The translations under genes were made by a program, and so were the position numbers. From NCBI RefSeq assembly GCF_006345805.1, contig NC_043011.1, positions 58,664,464-58,728,463 of the forward strand: 64,000 nt of DNA, in the 5' to 3' direction. The notes beneath the pieces are model-generated. The model worked only from the letters and a program-made list of their open reading frames with translations, searched no databases and was not told the DNA's origin. The DNA is from Octopus sinensis (lineage: Eukaryota). Shown here piece by piece: positions 40,807 to 53,665 of this stretch (position 1 is the first letter of the stretch; each line of letters begins with the position of its first letter).

Positions 40807-40934
40807 GTGTGAGTGCATATAGAGTTCTTATCAATTGTTTAAAATTAGTTTTGCCATGAGCAAACGTGAAATTACGTTCAATAATTATTGTAATCCAAAT
40901 CTTCTTAGAGAAAATAAGTGACAATTCTAAAATT
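40807..40934 (+). repeat. Dispersed repeat, inverted partner at 42296-42427
   Basis: gtttaaaattagttttgc...aataattattg..atccaaatcttcttagagaaaata matches the reverse complement of 42314-42427. Confidence 0.8.
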
Positions 40935-40939
40935 ATCCT

Positions 40940-41100
40940 CCATCACCACTTGGCAGTCGGTGTTGGCTTGTTTACATTAGCGGTTTAGTAATAAGAGACC
41001 GATGAAATAAGTACTAGCCCTAGGGCCAATTTGATCGACTACAACCTTTCAAAACGGTGCAGCCGCATGGCCGCGCCCTCCCCTGACTGAAAAGCGTAAG
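40940..41100 (+). mobile_element. Decayed 3' half of SINE family B
   Basis: aagagaccgatgaaataagtactag ... gcatggccgc. Confidence 0.55.
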
Positions 41101-41234
41101 ATACTAAAAAGACACCCACATAGATTGCACCTAGAGTTGCAGATAAGTTCTGCTCTTTGTGGGTCTTAAAAATGTCTCTTGAGGCCTCCATTAGAGTTTT
41201 AAACCTTCTCGCATACACTGGATTCAAAGTTATG

Positions 41235-41665
41235 CATAGGCATATAGGCAAAATAGCTGTTGGAGATTCGTTTTCCATGCGTTCGCATTTGAGATTTAAG
41301 GCCAGCAAAAGACAGGCATGGTCTGTCACAAACAGTGCACACAAAAAGGTCACTGAGATTCACTTTCTAGATCATTACATTCTATCTTAGATCTCTTTTG
41401 AGTATTGCTTGCGTTATCCTGGCCTCTTCAAATGCTTTCACTACACTCTAGAACTTTGTTCGCCATCCAACTCGATCCGAAGCAAGGTTTTCTATATCTT
41501 CTGGTACCATTCCAAGTGACTTCATAGTAGTCCTTATCCCGTCCTTCAACCTTTTTTTAAGGTTCACACTGATAGCGTTTCCACTCTGCGCGATCACCAT
41601 AAAACAGCTGTTTCGGCATAAGTTCATCTGCCATTGGGAACAATATGGCCACAGTATCTGAATTA
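41235..41665 (-). pseudogene. RTE-clade (BovB-like) LINE 3' end, decayed
   Basis: Minus-strand peptides GHIV..MADELMPKQLFYGD, LKDGIRTTMKSLG..ENLASDRVGWR, FEEARITQAILKR and C-terminal zinc-finger-like FVCTVCDRPCLSFAGLKSQMRTHG; stops and frameshifts. Confidence 0.8.
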
Positions 41666-42295
41666 GATTGTCAAAATCATTTCTTTAATTGAGGTGATGA
41701 CTGCAGATGCAAAGACATCTGTGTTTGGAGTAAAAGAACTCTATTTATTTTTTAAAATGAGATGAAATCATTTGTGGTGGAATTTTTCTAACAATTTAAA
41801 AAGAGGCTTATACCACCTTAAATCTCAGAGAATAACCCAGTGTGTTATTCTCGGAGTTTTTAAGGTGGTAACAACGTCTATTTTTTCCAACGCGGGAGAG
41901 GCTTATAGCCAATCCCTTGTTATAATTAGGTTTCATAATTATTAATATACATCACCATGTTGGGCCACCGAATTCAACACGCTTTTTTCATTCTCTCGCC
42001 ATTTCCACTTATTCCGTTCTGTGTAAGACCGCACGCTCGAAACACCAAAAACCTTTCCATTTTTCCCATTTTTCTTTGTTTCTTCCTATACATGTCTTCG
42101 TTTTTGATTTTCCATAAATTTGAACCGCATACACAAAACAAGCACACACACTCACACACACACACACACACACACACATACGCACACACATAATATCCGT
42201 TATTGCGTCCTTGTTTTGCGCAGATCTTATTATGATCTGAAACTAATAGTTCCTTTCTTCTCAATGATTGTGTAATTCTAATTGTAATCTATCGC

Positions 42296-42427
42296 AGTTT
42301 TCGAATTGTCGCATATTTTCTCTAAGAAGATTTGGATGACAATAATTATTGATCGTAATATCATATTTGCTCATTGCAAAACTAATTTTAAACAGTTGAC
42401 AAGATCTCTATACGCACTCACTCACAC
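42296..42427 (-). repeat. Dispersed repeat, inverted partner of 40807-40934
   Basis: See 40807. Confidence 0.8.
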
Positions 42428-43019
42428 ATTATTTCGCTGAGATCTTTCGAGCTTTATCTTGATTAGTTTTCACATATTTTTCTCAAGTGTAATTACGTAA
42501 CCACTGTAAACAATACACTTAACCTCGCATTGTTTTATTCTTCAGTTTCGTCGTTTCCAGAGGCTTGTAGATAAATTCATTTCGTGAAGGTACCATATTG
42601 TATTTAATTGCTTTTCATCTCGTAGGCTTTTCTTTAAATTAAAAAATATATATATATAATTGTTCATTTATGCTGAACAGAATATGTAATTTATGGGTTT
42701 TAAGAAATGAAAATATATACCAGTGTGAAAATGCAAGCGGGGAATAAGTTTACAAAATATAACTTGTTGGTTATTAACACAAAAATAATATAATAAGAAT
42801 ATTTGTGCATAATATTAGGTATGTACTCAAAATAGGGGGACCAGAAAATGTCCAATTAAGCTAATAAAGGCAAATACTGGCGTAATTCATTCATACACAC
42901 ATATATTTAACTTTCTCTTTATAATATATCTCTACCGAGATATATATTTCTGCATGGCTATTTTTTGTATCTCTCTCTCTATATAAGTGTCTTTGTTTGC
43001 ATATATATATATATATTAT

Positions 43020-43294
43020 TTTCTAGTTTCAGCTCACGAGCTGTGGTCATGCTGGGGCACCACCATTCGGTGTAGCTACATGATTTTACTTCACGAATGC
43101 TTTTTAGCAATTGCCATTTGGTGCATGAGAGAGTTCGATGCAGCTGCCCTCATCTGCATCTCCTGCCGTGAAGTTGGTTAATCTAGGATACCTGACAGGA
43201 AGTGATTCAGTTTTATTTTAAAGACATCTGCATCCACCTCATGCAGGTCTCTCAGGTCCTTCAGGAGGACATTGAAGAGCTGTGGACAGCCCAT
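43020..43294 (-). mobile_element. 3' end of a CR1/L2/Jockey-group LINE whose tail resembles the SINE-B tail
   Basis: Minus-strand peptide PQLFNVLLKDLRDLHEVDADVFK..KLNHFLSGILD*P...RAAASNSL; terminal ggtggtgccccagcatgaccacagctcgtgagctgaaac. Confidence 0.75.
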
Positions 43295-43332
43295 ATATAT
43301 ATATATATGCGTGTATATATATATATTTATTC

Positions 43333-43390
<58 letters not shown>

Positions 43391-43476
43391 ACATATATAT
43401 ATGTATGAATATAAATATATATGTATATATATACATATATGAATATATATGAATACATCTATATATATATATATAT

Positions 43477-43479
<3 letters not shown>

Positions 43480-43556
<77 letters not shown>
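43480..43556. repeat. (AG)n microsatellite
   Basis: Directly visible. Confidence 0.95.
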
Positions 43557-43559
<3 letters not shown>

Positions 43560-44139
43560 GAATAATGAAGAGAAGTATATCAGAAGAATGTTCTTAAATA
43601 CAGCCCAACACATTTTCGCTCTTAAGGAGTAATAAAAAATATACGCAACAATTTCGAAATAGAAAAGCCTTTTAATATAGAATAAAAATTTTAAAAGGAC
43701 TTGTAAAAAATCCTAAAAATATAAGAATTTTCCCAAAAGTTACTGATGTTGAATCGAAGAAGCATATTGTACACGCGAAAGGAGTGAAGCGTGTTGTTTC
43801 GAAATTCTATAATATTTTGAACTCTTTTAAAACTTCAATGTAACTCTCATAACAGAAATGTGGTCAAATTTTCGTAAACGATCGTAAGAAGAAATCCTCA
43901 TTAAAGATTCATCCTAATTGATCGTATGCCATCGCTGATTGGATTCCTACCTCGTTATCGATTCTTAAAAGTTTGAATGCTCAGCACCGAATGTTTTAAT
44001 GCATTTACATTCATTCATGATTTGTATTTTTGTACTTCAATAGATAATGTATATGAAGATGCCTATAATGCGGAGTGTTTTAATTTGATAAAGGGAATTG
44101 ATCTTTGAAATTCGCTCTTCTTTCTTGCCGATATAAATA

Positions 44140-44179
<40 letters not shown>

Positions 44180-44183
<4 letters not shown>

Positions 44184-44728
44184 CAATTGAGGATAAAATC
44201 TTTAAAAGAAATTATCAGTAGTCAGCGTGAAAAACCTCGTAAGAGAAAAAATCCGTAAATTCTTCCTCTTTGAAAATATTTATTTATATTATATTGAGGG
44301 TACTACTATTCGTAGATACCAACACGCTAAGAGGGACCAATGCGGTCAAAACTACTAAAAATAAACAAAATTTTACCGAATGCAAAACTTCAAAACACAT
44401 CATTTTAAAAAAGAATTCAGTTACATATCACATGTGATTTCGCATTTAAATGCAGAATATGCATTTCATGTTCATCAGTGCAACAAACTCAAGAAATATA
44501 AGAGAAAACATAACATTACAAGCTCGATAGCCAACCGTATTTCTTATATTTCTTGAGTTTGTTGCACTGATGAACATGAAATGCATATTCTGCATTAAAT
44601 GCGAAATCACATGTGATATGTAACTGAATTCTTTTTTAAAATGATGTGTTTTGAAGTTTTGCATTTGGTAAAATTTTGTTTATTCTTAGTAGTTTTGACC
44701 GCATTGGTCCCTCTTAGCGTGTTGGTAT
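44180..44728. mobile_element. (TA)n-embedded foldback element, ~188-bp arms plus single-copy tail
   Basis: Arms 44316-44503 and 44542-44728; tail 44180-44315. Confidence 0.75.
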
Positions 44729-44754
44729 TATATAAATATATATATATAATAATA

Positions 44755-45133
44755 AATATTAGGGAATAAATCCAAATTTACAGGGAAAAAATCAGATTTA
44801 GGAATTAAATCGATTTTATAGTAAAATATTATAAAATATTATTCGAGACAAAACCACTATTTTGCAAAACAAACAAGGAAAGACTTAATCAATACATAAA
44901 ATTTTAATAAATAGTCAAAAAAACCGCCACTACAATCGTTTCTTGTCTTGATCGACAATCTTCAGGTGGACTTCATAATTTGACACTGAATTATTGGAAG
45001 TCCACTGAAGATTGTCGATCAAGACAAGAAACGATTGTAGTGGCGGTTTTTTGACTATTTATTAAAATTTATGTATTGATTAGTCTTCCTTGTTTGTTTT
45101 GCAAAATAGTGGTTTTTTGTCCGAATAATATTT

Positions 45134-45138
<5 letters not shown>
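44755..45138. mobile_element. (TA)n-embedded foldback element with hammerhead motif
   Basis: Arms ~44835-44975 and ~44996-45138; tail 44755-44834. Confidence 0.78.
44927..44969 (-). ncRNA. Minimal type I hammerhead ribozyme motif
   Basis: ccac CUGAAGA uuguc-gaucaa-gacaa GAAAC gauu GUA gugg; helix II 5 bp; ACGAUUGU self-complementary with G.U. Confidence 0.75.
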
Positions 45139-45182
<44 letters not shown>

Positions 45183-45290
45183 TATAGATATATATACATA
45201 TATATATGTGTCTATATATATGCATATATATATGTGTTTATATATATGCATATATATATACACATATAAATATAAATATTAATATATATA

Positions 45291-45325
<35 letters not shown>

Positions 45326-45330
<5 letters not shown>

Positions 45331-45532
45331 ACAAAATAAGGGCAAAAGAAAAATTCTTATGCCAAATATCCCGAAAAAAAGAAATTGGGACCAATACGCG
45401 GTAATAACGGGTTTTTTAGAAATTTCTATCGGTTTGTTTCGGACGCATAAATTATAATGGTTATTGACAATTTTGTCTTTTTTTCGGAATATTTGGCATT
45501 AGAATTTTTCTGTTGCCCCTATCTTGTAAATT
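45326..45532. repeat. (TA)n-adjacent inverted repeat, ~60-bp arms
   Basis: aatttacaaaataagggc...ccgaaaaaaaga versus tctttttttcgg...gcccctatcttgtaaatt. Confidence 0.7.
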
Positions 45533-47720
45533 ATTTATAAATTTAACCTTTAAAGGTATTTTTTGATATGCTGGCCATTGATAAAAATTTCTTCCCGAAA
45601 AAATTGTTATCCTACATTAGTTATATATATATATATATATATATATATGGATATATATATTTATATATACACATATAATATGTATTTAGATACATCATCT
45701 TATGTGTATTTTAAACGGCAGTGTTTGTTTCCCAGTAGATGTCGCAGAAGCTTGAATTGTATCTACAGAATTGTATTTTACCGGGCTGACATTATAAATT
45801 GGGGGTAATATTAGTGACTTAATTAATGAGAAAATCTATCAACCCAGATATAGTAAAGTGATATCGGTGGGGACACATACTGTGAGCAAAGATTAAATAC
45901 CAGGAGTCACTTGCCTGCCAAAGACTTGCCTTGTCATAAAAATATCTGGTAACTTCAGCTAAGATCCCTATGTGATACTGTATATTGCACCCCATGAAAA
46001 AATAGCTATTGTTTCTGGCTTTGTGCTATGTACTTTCAAACACACCATTTCCCCTCGTATTCAAAGAACCTGTCTCATGATATTGTAAATTTTGTTGCAA
46101 AATTAGATAATTGATGCGGATCCCTACTTCAGATCAACGATTAAATATGTACCTGAATTCTTCCTTCCAAAAAATGCATCCGCTATAATTTTCTCATTAG
46201 TTTACTTTCCCTCCAAAAATCGATGGACATCTAAAGATTTAATACCGAAAGACTTGCACAACCTAAAAAGATACTTAACTTATATGCCATCAGCTCAATA
46301 TACCAAAAGTAGACTCAGAATGGAAGCAAAGCTGTTTATATTCAGTGGCAGTGGAAATCGGACCTACTTAATCGAAAACATGTTGTCATGGAAATTAGTG
46401 AGGACATGTTGAAATATCTCAATCTTAACATTGAAATGTCTTTCATAAACATGTCTGAACACTTGCCTATAGGCAGACTCTTGCAAATTGACTAAAACCT
46501 ACGTAAGAAATTTTATATTAAATATGATGGGTGTCATATTGTAGCTTTTAAACCGTAAAAATAAACCAATATATTTGCAGTGTCTGGAAAGATTTTCTCT
46601 TGTTATAGCAATAGATTTATATATATATTGATACATATTTTAGTTGATATAACATCACGTTGGTTTATGCGCAATCTTATTACACTAATGTCACATGACC
46701 TCATTTTACATGCTACACTGGAATCTCTTAAACTAGGATAAAAGCAATTTAAGATATATTAATTACCTCTTTAATATGAGTTATGATTTTTGCTTTATTT
46801 ATGTCAAAAATAATATTAAGTATTCATTAGGAAAGAGCATTTTGAATTTTTAATTTGTTGTGGCTCATTAATATTCTTCAGCGAAATAAATATAAATGAC
46901 TGCCCTATAACTCTTTTCGTATTTGGTTTTTTTTTGCGTGTCAGATTTCCTGATTCTAAACCCCATTAATCTTGCTATTTCTGACAACATTTATTTTCAA
47001 AATAATTATAATTTTTCGCTTATAAATGCAACATCCTCGAAAAATATAATTAATTCAACACTTTTAAGAACAAAAGACTCCTTTATAATGGTAAATGCTT
47101 CCTACATTGCTACAATACGTGTAGATCAATGATATTTTGTAATGTTCATTCTTCAAAGTCATTAGCATTCTAGATATACAACATCTGTTTCAGTATGAAC
47201 AGTGTGGCAGAAGCTACAACTTGTGTGCTGCAGTGTTACACCTTACACATGCGCAATCTTTTTACAGGAAATTATTCTAGACAATTTAATCAGACGAAAA
47301 AAAAAACAAACAAATAACAAAACAAAACAAATGAATTGCTATAGCTGTTGCAAATATGCAAATAGTTCTGAAATATATTAGCAGTATTTTGTGCACATTT
47401 TATTACTAAATACAATTAGTTTTGGAGAATTTTCAAGTCTTTAAACAGTGATGGCTTCAAATATATTTCCTCACAAAATATGGGATGTTTTCATAATCAA
47501 GCCTCATTAGAGGTGGCGCGGTAAACACATCCTCATAGTCTCATAGTCTCAAACGATAATGGTCGATAAGAAATGAGATTAAATCTTGATTCTATCTTGG
47601 AGAATTTGTAAGACAACTTCCGAAATATCAAGAATTCCGTGGACTGTTGCGGTTATATATGTATATGTATCTGTGGCATTGCATATTATGTATGCATATC
47701 TCAATATATATATATATATA

Positions 47721-47774
<54 letters not shown>

Positions 47775-47880
47775 ATATATACACAAATCCATACATATAC
47801 ACATATATATTATATATAATATATACTATGTACACATAACCTATATATATATGTGTATGTGTGTGTGTGTGCGTGTGTGT

Positions 47881-48128
47881 GGAGACGCGTGGCTTAGTGG
47901 TCAGGATGCCAGCACATTGATCGTAGGATTGTGGTTCGAATCCTGGACCGGGGGACGCTTTGTGTTCTTGAGCAAGACACATCATTTCACGTTGCTCCAG
48001 GCCACTCAGTTGGCAAAAATGAGTGATGCTGCGATGGACTGGCGTCCGGTCCAGCTGGGGAACACATACGCCATAGAAACCGGGAAACCGGGCCATGAGC
48101 CTGGCTAGGCTTTAAAAGGGCGCATTTA
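47881..48128 (+). mobile_element. tRNA-derived SINE with CORE-like block and V-domain-like 3' part
   Basis: tggcttagtggtc A-box, ggttcgaatcc B-box, ttcttgagcaagacac block, ctgcgatggactggcgtcc...agaaaccggg segment. Confidence 0.75.
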
Positions 48129-48156
48129 TTTTTTATTATATATATATATATATATA

Positions 48157-48360
48157 TCTCACGTTGATCACCTTGACCGACCAGTCCGTCGGGCGTCCAT
48201 TTGACACCGCTGGTGACAGCACGCTGCCCACTCCTCTCTAGATCGCGCCTTTCTCATCCACGTGAAGGCAATCTTCCTCCTGAAATCCTAACTCCACCGT
48301 CGTGGAGGAGTTACGATTTCGGGAGGACGATTGGGATCACGTGGATGAGAAAGGTGCGAT
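48157..48360. repeat. GC-richer (TA)n-flanked element with imperfect terminal hairpin
   Basis: atcgcgcctttctcatccacgtga (48242) pairs with tcacgtggatgagaaaggtgcgat (ending 48360). Confidence 0.6.
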
Positions 48361-48367
48361 AAATATG

Positions 48368-48398
<31 letters not shown>

Positions 48399-50021
48399 TA
48401 TATATATACACACACAAGCATACACACATGTATGTGTATGTTTTAACGTTAGGACACGTATGAATAAAATGGTTCATATTCTGGAGACTAATTTCCCTAT
48501 AAATGTTGAAGAGATGTATAAGTCTTTGTGATATTCGCCACTGTTAAAACAGATCAACGGACAGGGAACAAAAAGTCTGATGAATTCTCTTAGAAATACA
48601 CTCAATATTTATGGAAGTGAAAGTGTTAATGTTAACCAGTCAAATAATTGTCGACTTCTTTGACATCCTCGCCTTGGCTGGGTCGTGCAGCTGTAGTAAA
48701 GGATAAATTATGCGAGTTGCAGTTAGTGAATAATTTATGGTAGAGACGGATCCGCTAAAAGGTTATCAATGTTGCTTGCTTTTAGATGCGTAACCTATAA
48801 AGTGTTATCATTGGCATATGGTTTTTGAAGATTTAATTTATTCATTAATGTCATGGCTATGCTGACGCTCGGATTATTTACTCTACGAACAGATATTCGT
48901 GTGACACTAACATGTCTCAATTTGTGATTTGAAGTTCAATGTCCGCAGAATTATAGCAAAATTATTATCATATTCGTGACATATATTATATGAATTATAT
49001 TATTAAGCATACGAATTCTAACATATTTCCGACGCATTCTACAATAATAATACGAAAATTTCGTCAAAAAATCCGTCCGGAGAAATACTTTGTTTGGTAT
49101 ATTTAAAATAACAAGTTTGCAGTGTTAAATTTGGTTTTTGTGCCTGTCCCCATATATGGACGCGAATGTAATGAATTAACCGAAAAAGTTAGTACGCAAA
49201 TACGAGCGGTCACGATGGATCCCACGATTAAGGATACTAGACAGGATTCGTAACCTCGAGATCAGAGATTATCCCCAGCTCAAATCACTCCTCTGCACTG
49301 AGACTCGAAAATTCCAATATTATGGACGGATGAAAGAATTACAGGAGAGACCTGATTTATACGGAGTCAACCGACAAGAGAATAGGTGTAGACCAAGAAT
49401 GAGTTGTTAGTTCATATTCATTCTTGCAGCCAGCTATATTTGAGAATCCACAAAATGTTATGGCAGATATTTCTGACGGATGACGCTCATGAGGATTCAA
49501 CTTCTATGTCTCTCCCAGAAATTGTTGTCTCCCTTATTAATATATCTCTACTTCCGCTGCCAAATATTATCAACAGGTGCATACAGCAGAAACCATAATC
49601 TGAATCATCAATTTCCACACGTTAATTATTTGCATGTCTCTTGCATCTATGTGTTCATAAGCATGCATTGATAAAAAAATGGCTTATGACAGAATCCTGC
49701 TTTGGTCTGTTTGGTACACGCAAACTAAATGGTAAATCTGTAAGCATTCATATATTTCGTTATCGTAAACTATTGTTAAACATCTTCATCTTTACAATTT
49801 CTCAGCGACAGAGATGTTTCCTACTGAAATTTTTAGGTTATTGTATATTTATATTCCTGAATTTTCTATATGTTACAATTTCCAATTTTATGTTATTTTA
49901 TTTCTATACTTTTGCACATGTGGTATTGTTCCATGTGTTTTCATCCACGAATACATTTCAAATCAAGTATACACGAGTACAAGCGTGATTAGGTATGTCT
50001 GATGTATAAAAATATGTTATT

Positions 50022-50059
<38 letters not shown>

Positions 50060-50133
50060 TAAGTAAAACTATTGAAACGATATTATTATTATTATTTTTG
50101 TTGTTGCTGTGATTATTATTATTATTGCAAACT

Positions 50134-50173
<40 letters not shown>

Positions 50174-50250
50174 CAATAGTAGAAGAAGAAGAAGAAGAAG
50201 AAGAAGAAGAAGAAGAAGAAGAAGAAGAAGAAGAAGAAGAAGAAGAAGAA
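50134..50250. repeat. (TAG)n(AAG)n compound microsatellite
   Basis: Directly visible. Confidence 0.95.
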
Positions 50251-50924
50251 GACGAAGCAGCAGAAGAAGAAAATAGCGACAGCCGCTGCAACATATTTTC
50301 GTTATACGCATGCATTCCGGTCCAAGTACTTCTCTGCATGTATGAACACACACATATATATATATGTGAGTGTGTATGTGTGTGTATGTGTGTGTGTGTG
50401 TGTGTGTGTATACATATGAAGATAGATAGATAGATAGATATTTAAGCATATTTATGTGTCAGCATTAGCGTTCGTCTGTGTTATGCACGTTCTGCAGAGA
50501 CTCACATGTAATATAGTGAGTTGAAATACTTGAATAAAATTGCGAGGAAAGTTTTGAAACGAAACAATAGATGCTACATACAATAGGCGTGTAACGTCAT
50601 GTGGCAAAGGAACAATATACCGTATTGTGTTCCTGCAGTAGAAGAACTTGTGGCTTGCACGTTAAACTAACGCTATTAATACAGTATTACTATTTCTGAT
50701 AACGCAATTACTTTAGATAGCTAATGTGAAATATGCTGACACTATGTTAATTATTCATATTATAATTTTATGCACATACATAGCGTTATGGTGAAGAAAC
50801 TTGCTTTACAGAGACGCAGAGTTTTAATTCAGCTGCGCTGCGCAGCATTTTTCGTGTCTTCTAGGGTAGACACGGACCTACCAATGCGATCTGAGTCAAT
50901 TTGGTTGACACAAACAGTAGAGTG

Positions 50925-51008
<84 letters not shown>

Positions 51009-51009
51009 C
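50925..51009. repeat. (TCTA)n microsatellite
   Basis: Directly visible. Confidence 0.95.
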
Positions 51010-51386
51010 CTGTCCATCTGTCTGCCTGTCTTTCTGTTTATATATATACATACGCAGGGTGATCAGATTAAATGCAGACATATATTAATTGAAATATATC
51101 TCTGGCGATATGTCACGGTATATTTGCACTCGTATGATACAGATGATTATTTTAGCTCAATACTATGTGTGTTGCAGGTAATAAATTTTAATCAACCGGC
51201 TTCTACTCGCAATACCAGTGGGCAATTTTCAATGGATTTTTGTATATCAGGGGTTGACAAATGTTATGCCCCGCCTTCGGTACACACCACTCAAAATGCA
51301 CTAAGAGACCGAAATGTATTTGGAACTGCTTCTAGCCGCTGTTATAAACACATTTGTTTTCCTTCGACTTATTAAACACACAACGT

Positions 51387-51441
<55 letters not shown>

Positions 51442-51442
<1 letters not shown>

Positions 51443-51656
51443 CTTTACTACCCACAAGGGGCTAAACATAGAGTGAACAAACAAAGAGTGACAAAGACTT
51501 TTAGTCGATTACATCGACCTCAGTGCGTAACTGGTACTTAATGTAAATGAAAGGATGAAAGGCAAAGCTGACCTCGGCGGAATTTGAACCCAGAATGTAA
51601 CGGCAGACGAAATACGGCTACGCATTTCGCCTGGCGTGCTAACTATTCTGCCAGCT
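51442..51656 (-). mobile_element. SINE family A
   Basis: Reverse complement of the family A sequence with small deletions. Confidence 0.85.
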
Positions 51657-51661
51657 AGCTT

Positions 51662-51790
<129 letters not shown>

Positions 51791-51989
51791 TACGAGTACA
51801 TGGACAAAAGATGAAAGGGCACTCAACACATTTATCGGGAGTTACATGCATGGATCAAAACATTTTGATTCAAATTCGTTGGTACTCCGTAAGTTTCAGG
51901 CGTGATGCTAATCTTCGGCCATTTTAAATTTGTAAGTCTCGGAGTACTCTTATATTTGAACCAAACTGTTTTGATCCATATATACAAAT

Positions 51990-52138
51990 GTCCCCGTAAC
52001 TTAGCGGTTCGGCAAAAGAGACCGATAGAATAAGTACTGGGCTTACAAAGAATAAGTCCTGGGGTCGATTTGCTCGACTAAAGGCGGTGCTCCAGCATGG
52101 CCGCAGCCAAATTACTGAAACAAGTAAAAGAGTAAAAG

Positions 52139-52140
<2 letters not shown>
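51990..52140 (+). mobile_element. 3' half of SINE family B
   Basis: gtccccgtaacttagcggttcggcaaaagagaccgatagaataagtac ... aagtaaaagagtaaaagag. Confidence 0.88.
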
Positions 52141-52195
<55 letters not shown>

Positions 52196-52980
52196 ATCTG
52201 TGTGTTTGTGTGTGTGTGCAGCTGTAGTTTGCTCTTAATCAGGTGGTGTAAGCTTTATGCATACATGCATTTATCTTACAGAAGCTGATGGCGTCAACAT
52301 TCGTTGAATTGATTGCATAAAACTCATAGTAATGAAAGTTTTTTTTTTATATCTGTGACAACTAGTGTATATGCGTGTGAATGAACGCGTGGGTTTTAAG
52401 TTTTCTATGATACAAGTCGAGAGCGAAAACGCCCTTCAATTCACTTCAATTAATTCCATAACCAATCTTCTTTTAATTGAAATAACAACATAAATTGCAT
52501 TGCTTACCGAGTTTCCATTTAGTATAATACAATCTCAAACACACATGATATCACAGACTTGCTCACAACACACACATGTAAACACATATATATATATATA
52601 CATGTGTACAACTATTATAATATCATAACGTAATTATAAATTCCCACGCTGTTTCCTTAGGTTACATATGAATCGTTGTAAAATGCTGAAATCATTCTAA
52701 ATTAGACGCTAATTACAGAGTTTCCGTTCTAAATGCATGTGATATGATTATTGCTCCTGAGATAATCATAATTTCTACGGCAGATTTATTGTAATTTGCT
52801 ACTGGGACAACCTAAAGCAGCCACCTTGCTTCAGTGTCCGTCATTCTTATACAAACGATGCAACACTCGCTCTCAAATATATATCATTCACCATTTAATA
52901 TAAACATGGATGTAAAAGAGATTATATGAGACGAAGTCATAATATAGTTCTCACTCACAGCCTGATATTAACAAACTAAT

Positions 52981-53303
52981 ATAAGAACACTCAGAGAGCG
53001 CAAACCTCCGCCAAGGTGCCTCCCCCCCACCAACGATTAACCGGATATGATTTTTAAAATGAGAATATCTGGAATGAATTCGACTGCTCTCAAAAAATTA
53101 AGTAGCAAAAAATGGCAAAATAATCCAGAATCCTTGTCCGGTGTGGATCGATCCCCAAATCCAATCACCTCATGGCAGTCACGAGGCCAAACGTCCCTGA
53201 AAGTGTCATCCAAATTCATCCAGCGGTTCTTGAGATATTTTATCCAATGACAAACAAACACGACTGAACACAATACCTCCGCCTTCGCAAAGGCGAAGGT
53301 AAT
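52981..53303 (+). mobile_element. Non-autonomous Helentron-type element (HINE/DINE-like)
   Basis: 5' aagaacactcagagagcgcaaacctccgccaagg; 3' hairpin cctccgccttcgcaaaggcgaagg followed by taataaa; A/T-rich flanks. Confidence 0.7.
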
Positions 53304-53501
53304 AAAATATGTTTGTTGGTTGTAAAATACCTAATACTGCTTAAGTATTACGAGATAAAAGTTATGATATTTTTAAGAGAGATTTTATTTCAGAAATATT
53401 ATTTATATATACGTAATATTTCAGTTTCACTGCATTCGGAATACGAAACGAATCATTTCTGGGGAAACGTTAGGCTTTATGTGAGAAGAGAAAAGTAAAG
53501 C

Positions 53502-53665
53502 AGTGAGCTAGCAGAATGATTATAGTGCTATTTCTACCGTCCTTACGTTCCGAGTTCAAATTCAGTTGTGGCCAACTGTGCCATTCAGCGTTTAGAGATC
53601 GATAAAATAAGTTTCAGCTGAGCACTGGTGTCGATGTAATCGATTTATCCCTCCCAAAATTTGAA
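53502..53665 (+). mobile_element. Decayed SINE family A
   Basis: acgttccgagttcaaattc ... gcactggtgtcgatgtaatcga. Confidence 0.6.

Noticed and set aside
44326-44360. gacc-aatgc-ggtc hairpin between ctaagag and aaaac
   Set aside because: Both conserved core segments are missing key bases (no G5, no G12).
46108-46413. ~100-codon stop-free frame on the plus strand (IIDADPYFRST...KLVRTC)
   Set aside because: No recognisable domain or clear splice pair; within chance expectation for 64 kb.
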